Positions 10,179 through 19,646 of a stretch of 64,000 nt of DNA are shown here, in pieces. A model generated the notes under the pieces. It was given only the letters and a program-made list of their open reading frames with translations. It was not told the origin of the DNA and did no database searches. Where the stretch lies: assembly GCA_963767735.1 (NCBI GenBank), contig CAVYES010000005.1, positions 96,001-160,000 on the forward strand. The letters are read 5' to 3'. Source of the stretch: Candidatus Bathyarchaeota archaeon (GTDB lineage: Archaea > Thermoproteota > Bathyarchaeia > Bathyarchaeales > Bathycorpusculaceae). Both the position numbers and the translations under genes were made by a program. How positions within the stretch are numbered: the first letter of the stretch is position 1; every line of letters begins with the position of its first letter.

Positions 10179-11468
10179 TTATTTTATTTTTCCATAACGC
10201 TTTATTGCAGCATCTCCACGCATGGTCAGAGAATAATATGCTCGTTTTCCTTTTCCAACCCTGGTCACCCACCTCTTCTTCAATAATTCTCGAAGAACGC
10301 GAACAATAGACGATGCGTATTTGTCAAGTTGCCCACTCAAGTCGCTAGGCGTAAGTCTCCCTTTGCTTAGTTCTTTCATAATATCATATTCCAACTGAGT
10401 CGGGATTAAAGTCTCGGCTTGCTCTTCAAAAACGAGTTCAGGAGTTACTGTTGTTAAGCCTTTGTCAATAGCTTTTTGAATAGCTGCATATGTTCTTTCA
10501 AGCATCAAAAAGGTATTCGGCGCCGATACATTCATAATAGCTTTGATCGTCTCCGGAGGAATAATTGCTCTTATCACATCATTTGTCGTCTTTTCATTTT
10601 GGCATATTTGCGCGACTCCAAGGTATGCTCTGGAAAGAATAATATTTTCAGCATCTTCCATCTTGGTTACACCGTTATACATTTCAACTGAAGAAAATCG
10701 TTTAACAGACGAAGCTACCGTTTCTTTAATTGATTCACCAAAGGTATAAGTTAACGATATGATTCCCTGCTTGCCTTGAAACCATGCTTGATTTCCATCA
10801 AAAAAGTCCGAGAGAAGAGTATCGGAGTTAACTTTGTCAAGTTCATCAATTACAAATACAAGAAACGCCCCACTTTCTTCAAGATTTCTGATGAGAATGT
10901 CTACTGCATGCCTTGTATCGGTTTCAGTTGAAGCAAGAATTGATTCAATATCAGGTTTATGCAGTTGTTTAATAAGATATTTCATGCTTTTTTCAGCAGC
11001 ATCTGAAGCCAAACCTAACGGTGGAAAAGCTATGCCCAATGCCTGAGTCATTTTGCCTGCTACCCATGGAGCATATTTTTTAGTTGATTCGCTTAGTGTA
11101 TTTTCTCTTCCTTTGAACTGTGCGACATACAAAATTCCAGAGAGTACCGATCTATAAAAAACATCATTCAACTCTTTGATAGTTAAAGCTGTATTAGCAC
11201 CTTTAACTGTAACCGTAATCGGAATAATTGTGTCTTCTGCGTTCTCCTCTAAAGCTTGGTACAGAACTCCCTGCATGGCCGCTGTCTTTCCCACGCCTCT
11301 GGGTCCATATATTGAGGTGGTCCGTTTTTGGTTTATTATTTTAGGTGTTTGTTTCGCGGCGAAATCATCAAGATCTCGGTACAATAAACTAAACAGTTCA
11401 TCTTCATAAGATAGTAAATTTCTAGTCATGAATTGTTGTGCTGCAACAAGTTCTTTAGATTGTGGCAT
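10179..11468 (-). CDS. P-loop ATPase with C-terminal winged-helix (MarR/ArsR-like) domain
   Basis: Walker A GPRGVGKT, Walker B VFVIDELD, C-terminal LTPSDLS..IVRVL..YYSLT; likely start ATG 11468. Confidence 0.8.
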   Translation of the reverse strand: MPQSKELVAAQQFMTRNLLSYEDELFSLLYRDLDDFAAKQTPKIINQKRTTSIYGPRGVGKTAAMQGVLYQALEENAEDTIIPITVTVKGANTALTIKELNDVFYRSVLSGILYVAQFKGRENTLSESTKKYAPWVAGKMTQALGIAFPPLGLASDAAEKSMKYLIKQLHKPDIESILASTETDTRHAVDILIRNLEESGAFLVFVIDELDKVNSDTLLSDFFDGNQAWFQGKQGIISLTYTFGESIKETVASSVKRFSSVEMYNGVTKMEDAENIILSRAYLGVAQICQNEKTTNDVIRAIIPPETIKAIMNVSAPNTFLMLERTYAAIQKAIDKGLTTVTPELVFEEQAETLIPTQLEYDIMKELSKGRLTPSDLSGQLDKYASSIVRVLRELLKKRWVTRVGKGKRAYYSLTMRGDAAIKRYGKIK

Positions 11469-11470
11469 AG

Positions 11471-11501
11471 TTAACATGATTCATGTTAACAATATATAAG
11501 C
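11471..11501 (-). promoter_or_regulatory. Promoter (TTATATA) and perfect palindrome gttaacatga-w-tcatgttaac of the ATPase gene
   Basis: Directly upstream of ATG 11468 with leaderless-type spacing. Confidence 0.75.
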
Positions 11502-11702
11502 CTTGGTTAACAATTAACATTTAGACAATGGGGTATCCGGCGGGTAATCCTCCCAGTAATCCCCCGCTATACCCTATGAATGCAAAGATATGCCTAAGAT
11601 ACTTGCATATTCAATCTAAAGGACTCCATTTCGTTGGGTTCAGGGAGGAGTAGTTAAAACCTTGCCTAAACTCATAGAAAAAACCTATTTCCGATAATCT
11701 TG

Positions 11703-11741
11703 CAATAGGGACTCAGACCATCCTTGGAGTAAGCACGGTCC
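11703..11741 (+). repeat. ~38-bp imperfect direct repeat, copy 2
   Basis: caatagggactcagaccatccttggagtaagcacggtcc. Confidence 0.7.
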
Positions 11742-11827
11742 GGCCCACTTCCCGCGTAGAAATGCTTGCTGTTGACTGTTTTTGTTATTTTTTGCTACTT
11801 TAGCCATTTGTGGTTTGAACCCAACAC

Positions 11828-11852
11828 GGTTCAAATCCCGCCCGGTCCACCA
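11828..11852 (+). repeat. tRNA-Ala 3'-end fragment (att site copy 1)
   Basis: ggttcaaatcccgcccggtccacca: T-arm, acceptor 3' strand and CCA. Confidence 0.85.
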
Positions 11853-11954
11853 CTTGCATTAAATTTTGTGATGATTTTAATTCCTGTTCGTTCAGGAAGA
11901 GTTCACAGTTTCTGCAAAAGTCTTTATATTGATTATTCGTAAGGTTATTTGGAA

Positions 11955-12254
11955 ATGAAATCACTCGAAGAAATAAAGCGTAAGCTTGAGGCTTTGAATC
12001 CAATTCTGAAAAGGAATTTTTCAGTGGACGCTATCGAAATTTTCGGTTCTTATGTTAGGGGAGAGCAGACTGAAAAAAGTGATATAGATATTCTGGTAAC
12101 TTTCTCAGAGCCAAATGATGTAGATCTCTTCAAATTTATTGAACTGCGCCTTTTTCTTAAAGATGAACTGGACATAGATGTCGATTTGATTGAGAAAGAT
12201 ACACTTAAACCCCGCCTGAAAACACGAATACTTGAAGAGGCAATACCCGTTTGA
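11955..12254 (+). CDS. mntA: Minimal nucleotidyltransferase antitoxin (MntA-type)
   Basis: GSYVRGEQTEKSDID (GSx10DxD). Confidence 0.88.
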   Translation: MKSLEEIKRKLEALNPILKRNFSVDAIEIFGSYVRGEQTEKSDIDILVTFSEPNDVDLFKFIELRLFLKDELDIDVDLIEKDTLKPRLKTRILEEAIPV

Positions 12255-12589
12255 ACAAGGATTTCAAAGTCTATTTAGACGATATGATAAATGCCATTAA
12301 CGAAATAGAAAAATCCACTCAAGATGTCAGTTTTGAGGCTTTTGCAAGGAACTATGAAAAGATAAATTCTGTGGCATACGATGTTTTGATAATAGGCGAA
12401 GCAGTTGACAAAATTCCAAAATCGGTGCAGGAAAAAAATCCGCAAGTTCCTTGGCGTGTACTGAATGATATAAGGAACAAACATATTCATGAATATCGTA
12501 CAGTAAAACCTGACAAGCTTTGGAAAATGGCCAAGTTCAGCTTACCACGAGTAAAAACGCTATTAGAAAACATCCTAAAAACTATTTGA
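12251..12589 (+). CDS. hepT: HepT-like HEPN RNase toxin (DUF86)
   Basis: IIGEA..VPW..RNKHIHEY (Rx4HxY); overlaps mntA stop. Confidence 0.88.
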   Translation: MNKDFKVYLDDMINAINEIEKSTQDVSFEAFARNYEKINSVAYDVLIIGEAVDKIPKSVQEKNPQVPWRVLNDIRNKHIHEYRTVKPDKLWKMAKFSLPRVKTLLENILKTI

Positions 12590-12639
12590 GAAGGTTCTAA
12601 GCCATACTCGTCAAGATATCAAAAAATCCCTGACTCCAC

Positions 12640-12706
12640 ATCAGCCTGGGATAATCGCCGCGTTCGCAACGCGGAAGCCGCGGGTTCAAATCCCGCTCGG
12701 TCCACT
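12640..12706 (+). pseudogene. 5'-truncated tRNA-Ala(CGC); attL of the integrated element
   Basis: D-loop remnant, anticodon arm ccgcg-ttCGCaa-cgcgg, T-arm and acceptor 3' strand; first ~10 nt absent. Confidence 0.8.
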
Positions 12707-13619
12707 TTCACCCCCGCCCGCCTACCTTTTGAAACCCCACAAACCCTTGAAGTAGCACTATATCTAAAAAAGAAAAGTTTGGCAGAAGACACAATCGAGG
12801 GATATGTAAAAAGACTAAGATTTATCGCAAAAAACACTGACATAACCAAACCCGAAACAGTCAAAGAATTTATCTTAAATCAAACCACAAGCTCAGCACA
12901 CAAAGAAGCCTTAGCAAACGCCTATGCCCATTATATTCAATGTTATGGATTAAATTGGGAAAAACCATTTTTCCACAGAGAGGAAAGACTCCCAAACGTA
13001 CCCACAACAGAACAAGTGAATACAATTATCTCAGCCTTTAAGAAAAAATACGCCACTATCTTTAGCATCTTAAGAGACACAGGATTAAGACCTTGCGAAC
13101 TCCACAGACTAACATTAAAAATGATAAACTTAGAAAATGGGACAATCACCCCGCAAACAGCCAAAAATGGCGCACCAAGAATCTTGACACTCCCCGCCCC
13201 AACCTTAGCAATGCTAAAAGAATACATTACAAGACTAAACCCGAAAATGAACGAAAGATTTTTTCCAACTACAAGAAGAATGTGCCATATCTGGGTACAT
13301 GGAAGAAATCAAGTAGCAGAGAAGCTAAAACAATCAAACTTACAAATACCGACTATACGACTTAAGACATTACTTCGCAACCATGCTATATGCAAAAACC
13401 AAAGACATACTCTTAGTAAAACAACAACTCGGACACAAAAGAATCGAACACACCCTAATCTATACACACCTAATCAACTTCAAACAAGACGAATACATCT
13501 CAAGAACTGTCCAACTCGGAACACCAACAACATTAAAAGAAATATGCGAATTAGCCGAAGCAGGCTTCACCAAATTCACCGAAATAGACGGCTACCAAAT
13601 ATTCAAAAAACCAAAATAA
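12680..13619 (+). pseudogene. Tyrosine integrase, IntC fragment (SSV1-type), frameshifted near 13345
   Basis: Frame open through att (AGSNPARST); TGLRPCEL in frame 1; YDLRHYFAT..LGH..TLIY in the +1 frame. Confidence 0.85.
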
Positions 13620-13701
13620 AAACTAACATAACAAAACCTCAATTTTTTATTGTGAATTCTTCGCTCACTTACAGCCACCATGTAAATTTTCGAAAGCAAA
13701 C

Positions 13702-14373
13702 TTATTGTTTGAACATCTTATTCAAAATGGATGATTTAGGTCGGGGCTTAGGTTCGGTTTCTTTAGGTCGCAAACAGCCGTAAAGAAAATCGGGAACAGT
13801 TTCTTTGAATTTTGCGTTTATTTCAATATAACTTACATTAATCAAACTATCTTCTTCTTTTAAATCAAGTTTGGGTATGAATTTAGCTATTATAACGCCT
13901 TCTTTAATCGAAGGTTTCTTCAATAGATATCTGACTCTTTCTTCTGAAATATCCTCTGTTGAAATCAAAAAGGCAAAAGATGCATTGAAAATCTCTTTGT
14001 AAATCTTAACCTGTCCAAGCATCTTTAGAGTGATTGGTACATCTTTTATTTCTGCAATTATGATTTCTTTAGGACTCTGAGGATTCTTTTGAACGTAACC
14101 TATTAAATCGGGATAAATGCCTTCAATCCGTATTATGTTAAGAGTATCGTCGTCAAATACTTGTTTCAGTTTTTCGGAGAAGACGTTCTTGCCGCCTATT
14201 ATTTCTAAATAAACACGTTCAGGCTCGTTAATGCTTAATCCCCGTTGAGGGTGATAACCCTTTTCACGGTCAAGGTAATTGCCCATAATTATGCTCAAAC
14301 TTTTCTGGATTAACTCATAATACAGTGCTTCGTTCCTTTTCTTTTGTAGCTTAACGTTTGGTTTTGAAGTCAT
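13702..14373 (-). CDS. Putative PD-(D/E)xK nuclease
   Basis: YPDLIG..IIAEIK motif. Confidence 0.6.
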   Translation of the reverse strand: MTSKPNVKLQKKRNEALYYELIQKSLSIIMGNYLDREKGYHPQRGLSINEPERVYLEIIGGKNVFSEKLKQVFDDDTLNIIRIEGIYPDLIGYVQKNPQSPKEIIIAEIKDVPITLKMLGQVKIYKEIFNASFAFLISTEDISEERVRYLLKKPSIKEGVIIAKFIPKLDLKEEDSLINVSYIEINAKFKETVPDFLYGCLRPKETEPKPRPKSSILNKMFKQ

Positions 14374-14483
14374 TGCTAAACCCTTTCTAACTCGTTATCA
14401 AGCGTATATTAGGATTTCACTTTTTACTCTTTGTATGGAATTATGCAGAATAGCCAAAGACAGCCAAACCAAACTATTTTATA

Positions 14484-15008
14484 TTGAAAGCAATGAATAC
14501 AGGACTGGGTATAATTATGCCTCTTGAGGAAGACCTTCAACTACTAACCTTAGCGAAACTCAAGCTCTTAGCGAAAAATAATGGGGTTTCGCTGGAAAAA
14601 CCCTCTTACACGTTTGGTAAGAAGGCATACACTCCAACTAAAAAATCAGATATAATCGTAGCTCTTCTTAAATCTTCCAAGATTACAACTAAGAAGATTA
14701 AGGAAATATCTGAACCCGTTTCTAAAGAGAAGAGTGGAAAACGAAAACCAATACCAAAAGCGGTACGTGAACAGGTTTGGGACAAATATATGAAGGCAAC
14801 AGAGAGAGTCGGAAAATGTTACTGTTGCGGATGGCGACCTATCACGGATAGTGATTTTGAAGTTGGTCATAATAAGGCAGTAGCCAAAGGTGGAAGAGAC
14901 CACATTAACAATTTGAGACCTATATGTAAATCATGTAATCGTTCTATGGGCACGATGTCTATTGAGGTCTATAAAAGAAAATATCATCCGACCAATGCAA
15001 AAAACTAA
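14484..15008 (+). CDS. HNH endonuclease with N-terminal SAP/Rho-N-like helix pair
   Basis: CYCC..EVGH..KGG..NNLRPICKSCNRSMG. Confidence 0.85.
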   Translation: MKAMNTGLGIIMPLEEDLQLLTLAKLKLLAKNNGVSLEKPSYTFGKKAYTPTKKSDIIVALLKSSKITTKKIKEISEPVSKEKSGKRKPIPKAVREQVWDKYMKATERVGKCYCCGWRPITDSDFEVGHNKAVAKGGRDHINNLRPICKSCNRSMGTMSIEVYKRKYHPTNAKN

Positions 15009-15096
15009 AACGAAACAGGTTAAAGACTAAAGGGTGGGTGTCTAAACGTGGAAGTGCTAAATAGCAAGAATCTTGAGCAAATAGAAGAGAGAACAA

Positions 15097-15534
15097 ATGA
15101 AACGCATCATATTAGTTGACGGAAACAATTACATCTACTTTACGAGCCTTCGAATGAAAAATTCTGACTTCGGTAATATACTTGTGACTACAAAGGAAGA
15201 ATCAAAGGCAATAGAATATTATCTAATTACAGCGTGGGAATTGATTCAAAAATTTGAGAAAGGATGGTTAGACTTAGTATCGGAACATTGTTCAAAAGGA
15301 GAGTCGCCATTTCAGGACACAGTTGATTTAACAGGAATAGTCACAGTGATGTCAGAAAAGGAAATAATTGAACTTGCTAAAAAAATAAAACAAAATCCAA
15401 GAGATACAAATGAAATTATCAATCAAACTATTGGTGAAATAAAGCAGAAAAAACGTCTATTGAAACAACAGCCACTACAACAACCACTACAAAATCAACT
15501 ACCAAAAAAAAGTTTTTGGAAAAGATTAACCTGA
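15097..15534 (+). CDS. Hypothetical protein
   Basis: 145-codon ORF ending KKSFWKRL; no motif recognised. Confidence 0.5.
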   Translation: MKRIILVDGNNYIYFTSLRMKNSDFGNILVTTKEESKAIEYYLITAWELIQKFEKGWLDLVSEHCSKGESPFQDTVDLTGIVTVMSEKEIIELAKKIKQNPRDTNEIINQTIGEIKQKKRLLKQQPLQQPLQNQLPKKSFWKRLT

Positions 15535-15752
15535 AAAGAAGGAAAGTGAAACTGACAAAAATCAATTTTTCATTTGATTGAATAATTACTTAATTTTTGG
15601 ATAGCTTAGATTTCCAAAGTGAAAAGTTTTGTTACCTGAAAACTAACACTATTGGAGGCGTCGCTTGCGCTTCGCGCTCGCTCCGCTATTGCCATACAAA
15701 ACGCAAAAGCCAAACGATATGCAAACCGCAAAAAGTTTTCTTTTAAGATAAG

Positions 15753-16940
15753 TTACCAATCATATTGGTGCTTTTTTAAATCAGGCGCAAGAAGCCAAAC
15801 GCATTCTCCATTCTCATAGAGAGAAGCCCAAAAATTAGTTTTATAATCGCTCTTCATAGGATTATGCTGAAAAACTTCAAACCCAAAGTATCGAGCAGGC
15901 TCAAGCTCATGCTTACATAAAGGACAAAGTAACTTGCGGGATTCATAGGTTATATGTAAACGCCTATAACTTAGCGAACCGAACCAGACAAACCCTCGTG
16001 CACGACTCTTAATAATAGAAGCGGAAATACTCATTTACCGTGCCCCCTTCCTAATCGCCATATGCGATAATTGATACCAAGCCGTGGCAAAAACAGACCT
16101 ACGCTCATCAGTCACCTTAATGATGTAGTGGTGCTTTTCGAAGCTCTGCCTTACTCGATTCTCGAAACCGTCACATGAAGCACAAAAACGGCTGTCACCA
16201 TGTTTCTTAACAATCTTGCCCCCACCTGTACGATAAACCTTCTCAGTCTCAGAGCAATGTCGGCACTTCCCATAACCGCCCTCAATAAAACCGAGAATAT
16301 GCATATGTGGAGACCAATAAAACCCGTATGGAACACCTTTCTCTAACGACTCAGAATAATCAGCGAACCTAAAGCCGTGGAAACAAAAACCACCATTAAT
16401 AATCCCTACCTCAGCAACTATCAAGCGCCACTTTTTGCACCATTTTTCATGCTCAAACTCAGCCAAAAAATAATCAGACTGAGGCGCAGAAACAATAATG
16501 TGCTGAGGCTCACCCAACGGTGCATGATAAATATCCTTATCATCCTTCCCGCCCACAGAAGCCTTCTCAACACGCTGAGAAATATGCTCAGCCTCGCGTA
16601 AACAAGCGCCTTTTAAATAACAGATAGGACAGGCATAAGAATGGCACCAAGTATGGACCATATGAACATAGACCTCTCCACCATGACTTACACCTAAAAG
16701 GTCAGCTTGAGAGTGCAATTCGACTCGGTTACAAATATCGTGCCTTCTCCATTGACCACAATTACTGTTAGTCTTCTCGCCATGACCGACAACAATCCAG
16801 TCGCCATGCTCAAAATGGAAGATACGTGAATTTCCCATATCTTCATTCAATTGCTCGTAAGCCGAATAGTCACGCCACTTAGCCTCAATATCCTCATATT
16901 TGGGAAAATAGGCATCACGACTCAATATCTTTACCCCCAA
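15753..16940 (-). CDS. HUH rolling-circle Rep (SNJ1 RepA-like), interrupted by an in-frame TAA at 16035-16037
   Basis: Zn-binding C..CPIC, HIIVSAP, FHGFR, WSPHMH (HUH), WYQLSH; same-frame continuation WFGSLSY..CPLC. Confidence 0.75.
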
Positions 16941-17034
16941 ACTTCTCAGCTTGTCGCATGTGAATCATCGATAAGCTCTTAAGGCTAAATCTTACATAAA
17001 CAGTAAAGTAAGTGTACCAATTCGGAAACCCAAA

Positions 17035-17535
17035 ATGAAAGAACAAATTGACGATAACAAAATTCAAAAAGAAATAGACGCTATCTTTACCAATTACCAT
17101 AAAAAAATTAAGGAAAAAAAAGCCAATTATCGTAATAACTTAGACGACAAATACTGCAAAAAAATATACGACAAACTTCTTGCAGAAGCCGCATTAAAAA
17201 AACAAATTATTCGCCCAAAATTTAGACACAACGAAATATACAACCTAGTAAAAAACGAAATGTCAAAAACAACCTTTGAATCGCATCTCGAACACCTAGG
17301 GCAAAAAAGATTCATAGCCAAAAGAAGCAAGACAAAATACAATACATCCTATCAGATTAACGTTTCAAACGAACCTAAAGTAATCCAATTACGAAGAACA
17401 ATCTTAGGCAAGCAAAAATTAGAATTAGTTGGCATTACAAAACTAAAAAAAGGAGTTTTTTATTTGCCTCCAAACCTTAAACTTGCACCTGCATCGGACA
17501 TACCACCAAACGAAAGATTATTTTACAAAGATTAG
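17035..17535 (+). CDS. Winged-helix protein divergent from rep
   Basis: FRHNEIY..MSKTTFESHLEHL..NTSYQI. Confidence 0.6.
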   Translation: MKEQIDDNKIQKEIDAIFTNYHKKIKEKKANYRNNLDDKYCKKIYDKLLAEAALKKQIIRPKFRHNEIYNLVKNEMSKTTFESHLEHLGQKRFIAKRSKTKYNTSYQINVSNEPKVIQLRRTILGKQKLELVGITKLKKGVFYLPPNLKLAPASDIPPNERLFYKD

Positions 17536-17809
17536 ATTGAAGCAATCCACGGAATTCTAAGCAGACGCTTTTTTATAAAAAGCTTGGCAAAAAAGAATTA
17601 CTCTATGTCTGCACAAGAGTAATCAGAAAGCCCGTTTTGGCGCCCAAGACCCAAAAAATCAACACCCAACAACAGACACCGAACGGTAAAGCAAAAACAC
17701 CTCAGGTAGCGAGTACACCTCCCTAAAGGGCAGCCCCCCTCGCACCCAAGGACTCTGTTTTTGCGCTACAAAAAACTTTTAATGAAAAATAGACCACATA
17801 ACAAGCTGT

Positions 17810-18661
17810 ATGTCACATTCAGATTTTCAGATGCGGAAACATGAGCTTGAGAAATTGTCAAGTCTGTTTAAAAGCAAAGGTTATGCCACAACTGCCAAAG
17901 AAATTGAATCTTTTATTGAACTCTTGAAGCATCCATTCGAACTCTCAGATTTTCTAAAGAAACTGGAAGCCCTATTAAATATGTTCGAAACAGAATTCGT
18001 ATCTGGTTTTCCAATAGGGCAACAATTTCGAAAAGATAACTATGAACAAACAAAGAAACTCATATTCGAAGCTATAAATAGACTCGGAGTTGATTTTTCT
18101 AAATCTCAAAGTTCGATTCTTCCCTTAATTGAAAGAGTTGGAAAAGCAAAAATGACGTATGGCTTCATAGCTGATGAACTACATAAACAAACAATAAAAA
18201 ATGAAAATGTTATCTTTCATCTTTATTGTTATTCTTATTTAATTTTTGTAGAAGGAATATTTGATGAACTGTCTCGAATTCTTTACTTTTTTGATAAAGT
18301 ATCACCAACCAACAAACCGACGACTGAAGACTTGGAGAGATTGTCTGTTCAACACATAGCTGAACACTGTAGAATGAAGATGATTGTTTTTCAAAACTGG
18401 GCTGATAAAAAACATATACGAAATTCCATAGGACATGCTCTCGCTCAATTCGATTCTTCCAAAAAAATGGTGCGTTTTATTGACCGTGACCCTCAGACTG
18501 GAAAAATAACTTATGATAGCGGTGTTATCCCTTTCCAGAAATTTATGGAAATGGCGCTCGAACTTGAGGATTCTTTGAGTAGTTTTACATACATCTTAGT
18601 GTTGTTGAAAATATTTGACTTCGTTATTTCCTCAAATCCAATGGGTAAATCAAAAGAGTAG
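17810..18661 (+). CDS. Putative HEPN-domain protein
   Basis: Helical protein with IRNSIGH (Rx4H) motif. Confidence 0.55.
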   Translation: MSHSDFQMRKHELEKLSSLFKSKGYATTAKEIESFIELLKHPFELSDFLKKLEALLNMFETEFVSGFPIGQQFRKDNYEQTKKLIFEAINRLGVDFSKSQSSILPLIERVGKAKMTYGFIADELHKQTIKNENVIFHLYCYSYLIFVEGIFDELSRILYFFDKVSPTNKPTTEDLERLSVQHIAEHCRMKMIVFQNWADKKHIRNSIGHALAQFDSSKKMVRFIDRDPQTGKITYDSGVIPFQKFMEMALELEDSLSSFTYILVLLKIFDFVISSNPMGKSKE

Positions 18662-18676
18662 GATACGCTAAAAGCA

Positions 18677-19057
18677 CAGAAGTAACTCTTGTATCGTGCA
18701 AAAGCGCCAGTATAAAGCTTATAACTAGAGAGTAACAATAACAATACAGGGATTAAAATGAGTAAACAACCAAACCCCAAGAAATTAGATAGGCTAATTG
18801 AGGCAGAAGTAACTCTTGTATCGTGCAAAAGCGCCAGTATAAAGCTTATAACTAGAGAGTAACAATAACAATACAGGGATTAAAATGAGTAAACAACCAA
18901 ACCCCAAGAAATTAGATAGGCTAATTGAGGCAGAAGTAACTCTTGTATCGTGCAAAAGCGCCAGTATAAAGCTTATAACTAGAGAGTAACAATAACAATA
19001 CAGGGATTAAAATGAGTAAACAACCAAACCCCAAGAAATTAGATAGGCTAATTGAGG
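18677..19057 (+). repeat. Three exact tandem copies of a 127-bp promoter+IntN unit
   Basis: Copies start at 18677, 18804 and 18931. Confidence 0.95.
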
Positions 19058-19083
19058 CGGGTTCAAATCCCGCCCGATTCACT
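19012..19083 (+). CDS. IntN fragment of the split integrase
   Basis: MSKQPNPKKLDRLIE-AGSNPAR reads into attR in the same frame as IntC; TATA and agggat upstream. Confidence 0.75.
19057..19083 (+). repeat. tRNA-Ala 3'-end fragment (attR)
   Basis: gcgggttcaaatcccgcccgattcact. Confidence 0.85.
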
Positions 19084-19193
19084 TCAGCCATAGAAATGGT
19101 TTCTGTAGAGTGTTTTTCCCGAGTTTTTCTTCTCCCGGATTAAACCAAGTCCTGTTTTCAGGACATTAATGATTCAGTTGACAGAGGCCTAAT

Positions 19194-19646
19194 ATGTCGT
19201 CAAACCCAAGTTTCACTTCGCTTTCTGAAGTGGTTACTCACCTAAATGCTACAGGACCCGATAGCAACAGCAATTATCAAGTCTACGGGCTCACGGTCTC
19301 AAGTAATAGCGTTCAAGCCTACGTTGATCACGCGAACACTTACATAGGCAGTCTAGTGCCCAGTGTAACATCTACGGATCCGCGTTACCCGTTTGCGCAG
19401 TTAGCCGCTTTGGATCTTTCGTGCATGAGCGTTTTAGTTGCTGCAAGCGGCGGGATGCTTTTGGGTGCAGCAGATTACAAGCTTGGCGATTTATTCGTAA
19501 CTAAAGCCACTATCGGAAAATTCGCATTTCAAAGCGCAGTGCAAAGCTTCCAAGACAGTTTTACCCGAAATATAGTGAATCTTTCAACTGTAGCCGTAGG
19601 CGCTCAAGCACGCCTGGGATATGAAGTTCCTCGGAGGAAATCTTAG
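19194..19646 (+). CDS. Head-tail connector/adaptor-like virion protein
   Basis: FTSLSEV..VQAYVDHANTYI pattern of gp6/gp15-like adaptors; first gene of the tail cluster. Confidence 0.55.
   Translation: MSSNPSFTSLSEVVTHLNATGPDSNSNYQVYGLTVSSNSVQAYVDHANTYIGSLVPSVTSTDPRYPFAQLAALDLSCMSVLVAASGGMLLGAADYKLGDLFVTKATIGKFAFQSAVQSFQDSFTRNIVNLSTVAVGAQARLGYEVPRRKS

Larger units (their letters stand above)
12680..19083. mobile_element. ~6.4 kb integrated rolling-circle plasmid/virus-like element bounded by tRNA-Ala att repeats
   Basis: Direct repeats 12680-12706 and 19057-19083; split integrase; HUH Rep. Confidence 0.8.

Noticed and set aside
11736-11752. Additional att site (cggtccggcccact)
   Set aside because: Too short and lacks the T-loop; it may be chance similarity to tRNA 3' ends.
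12630-12706. Functional tRNA-Ala gene
   Set aside because: The 5' acceptor strand is missing; no matching 5' piece or splice motif was found in the window.
13345-13783. C-terminal part of the 334-aa ORF as genuine integrase sequence
   Set aside because: It is out-of-frame read-through; the catalytic LRH, LGH and Tyr motifs are in the frame ending at 13619.
18677-19057. CRISPR array
   Set aside because: The units are fully identical with no unique spacers, and no cas genes are present.
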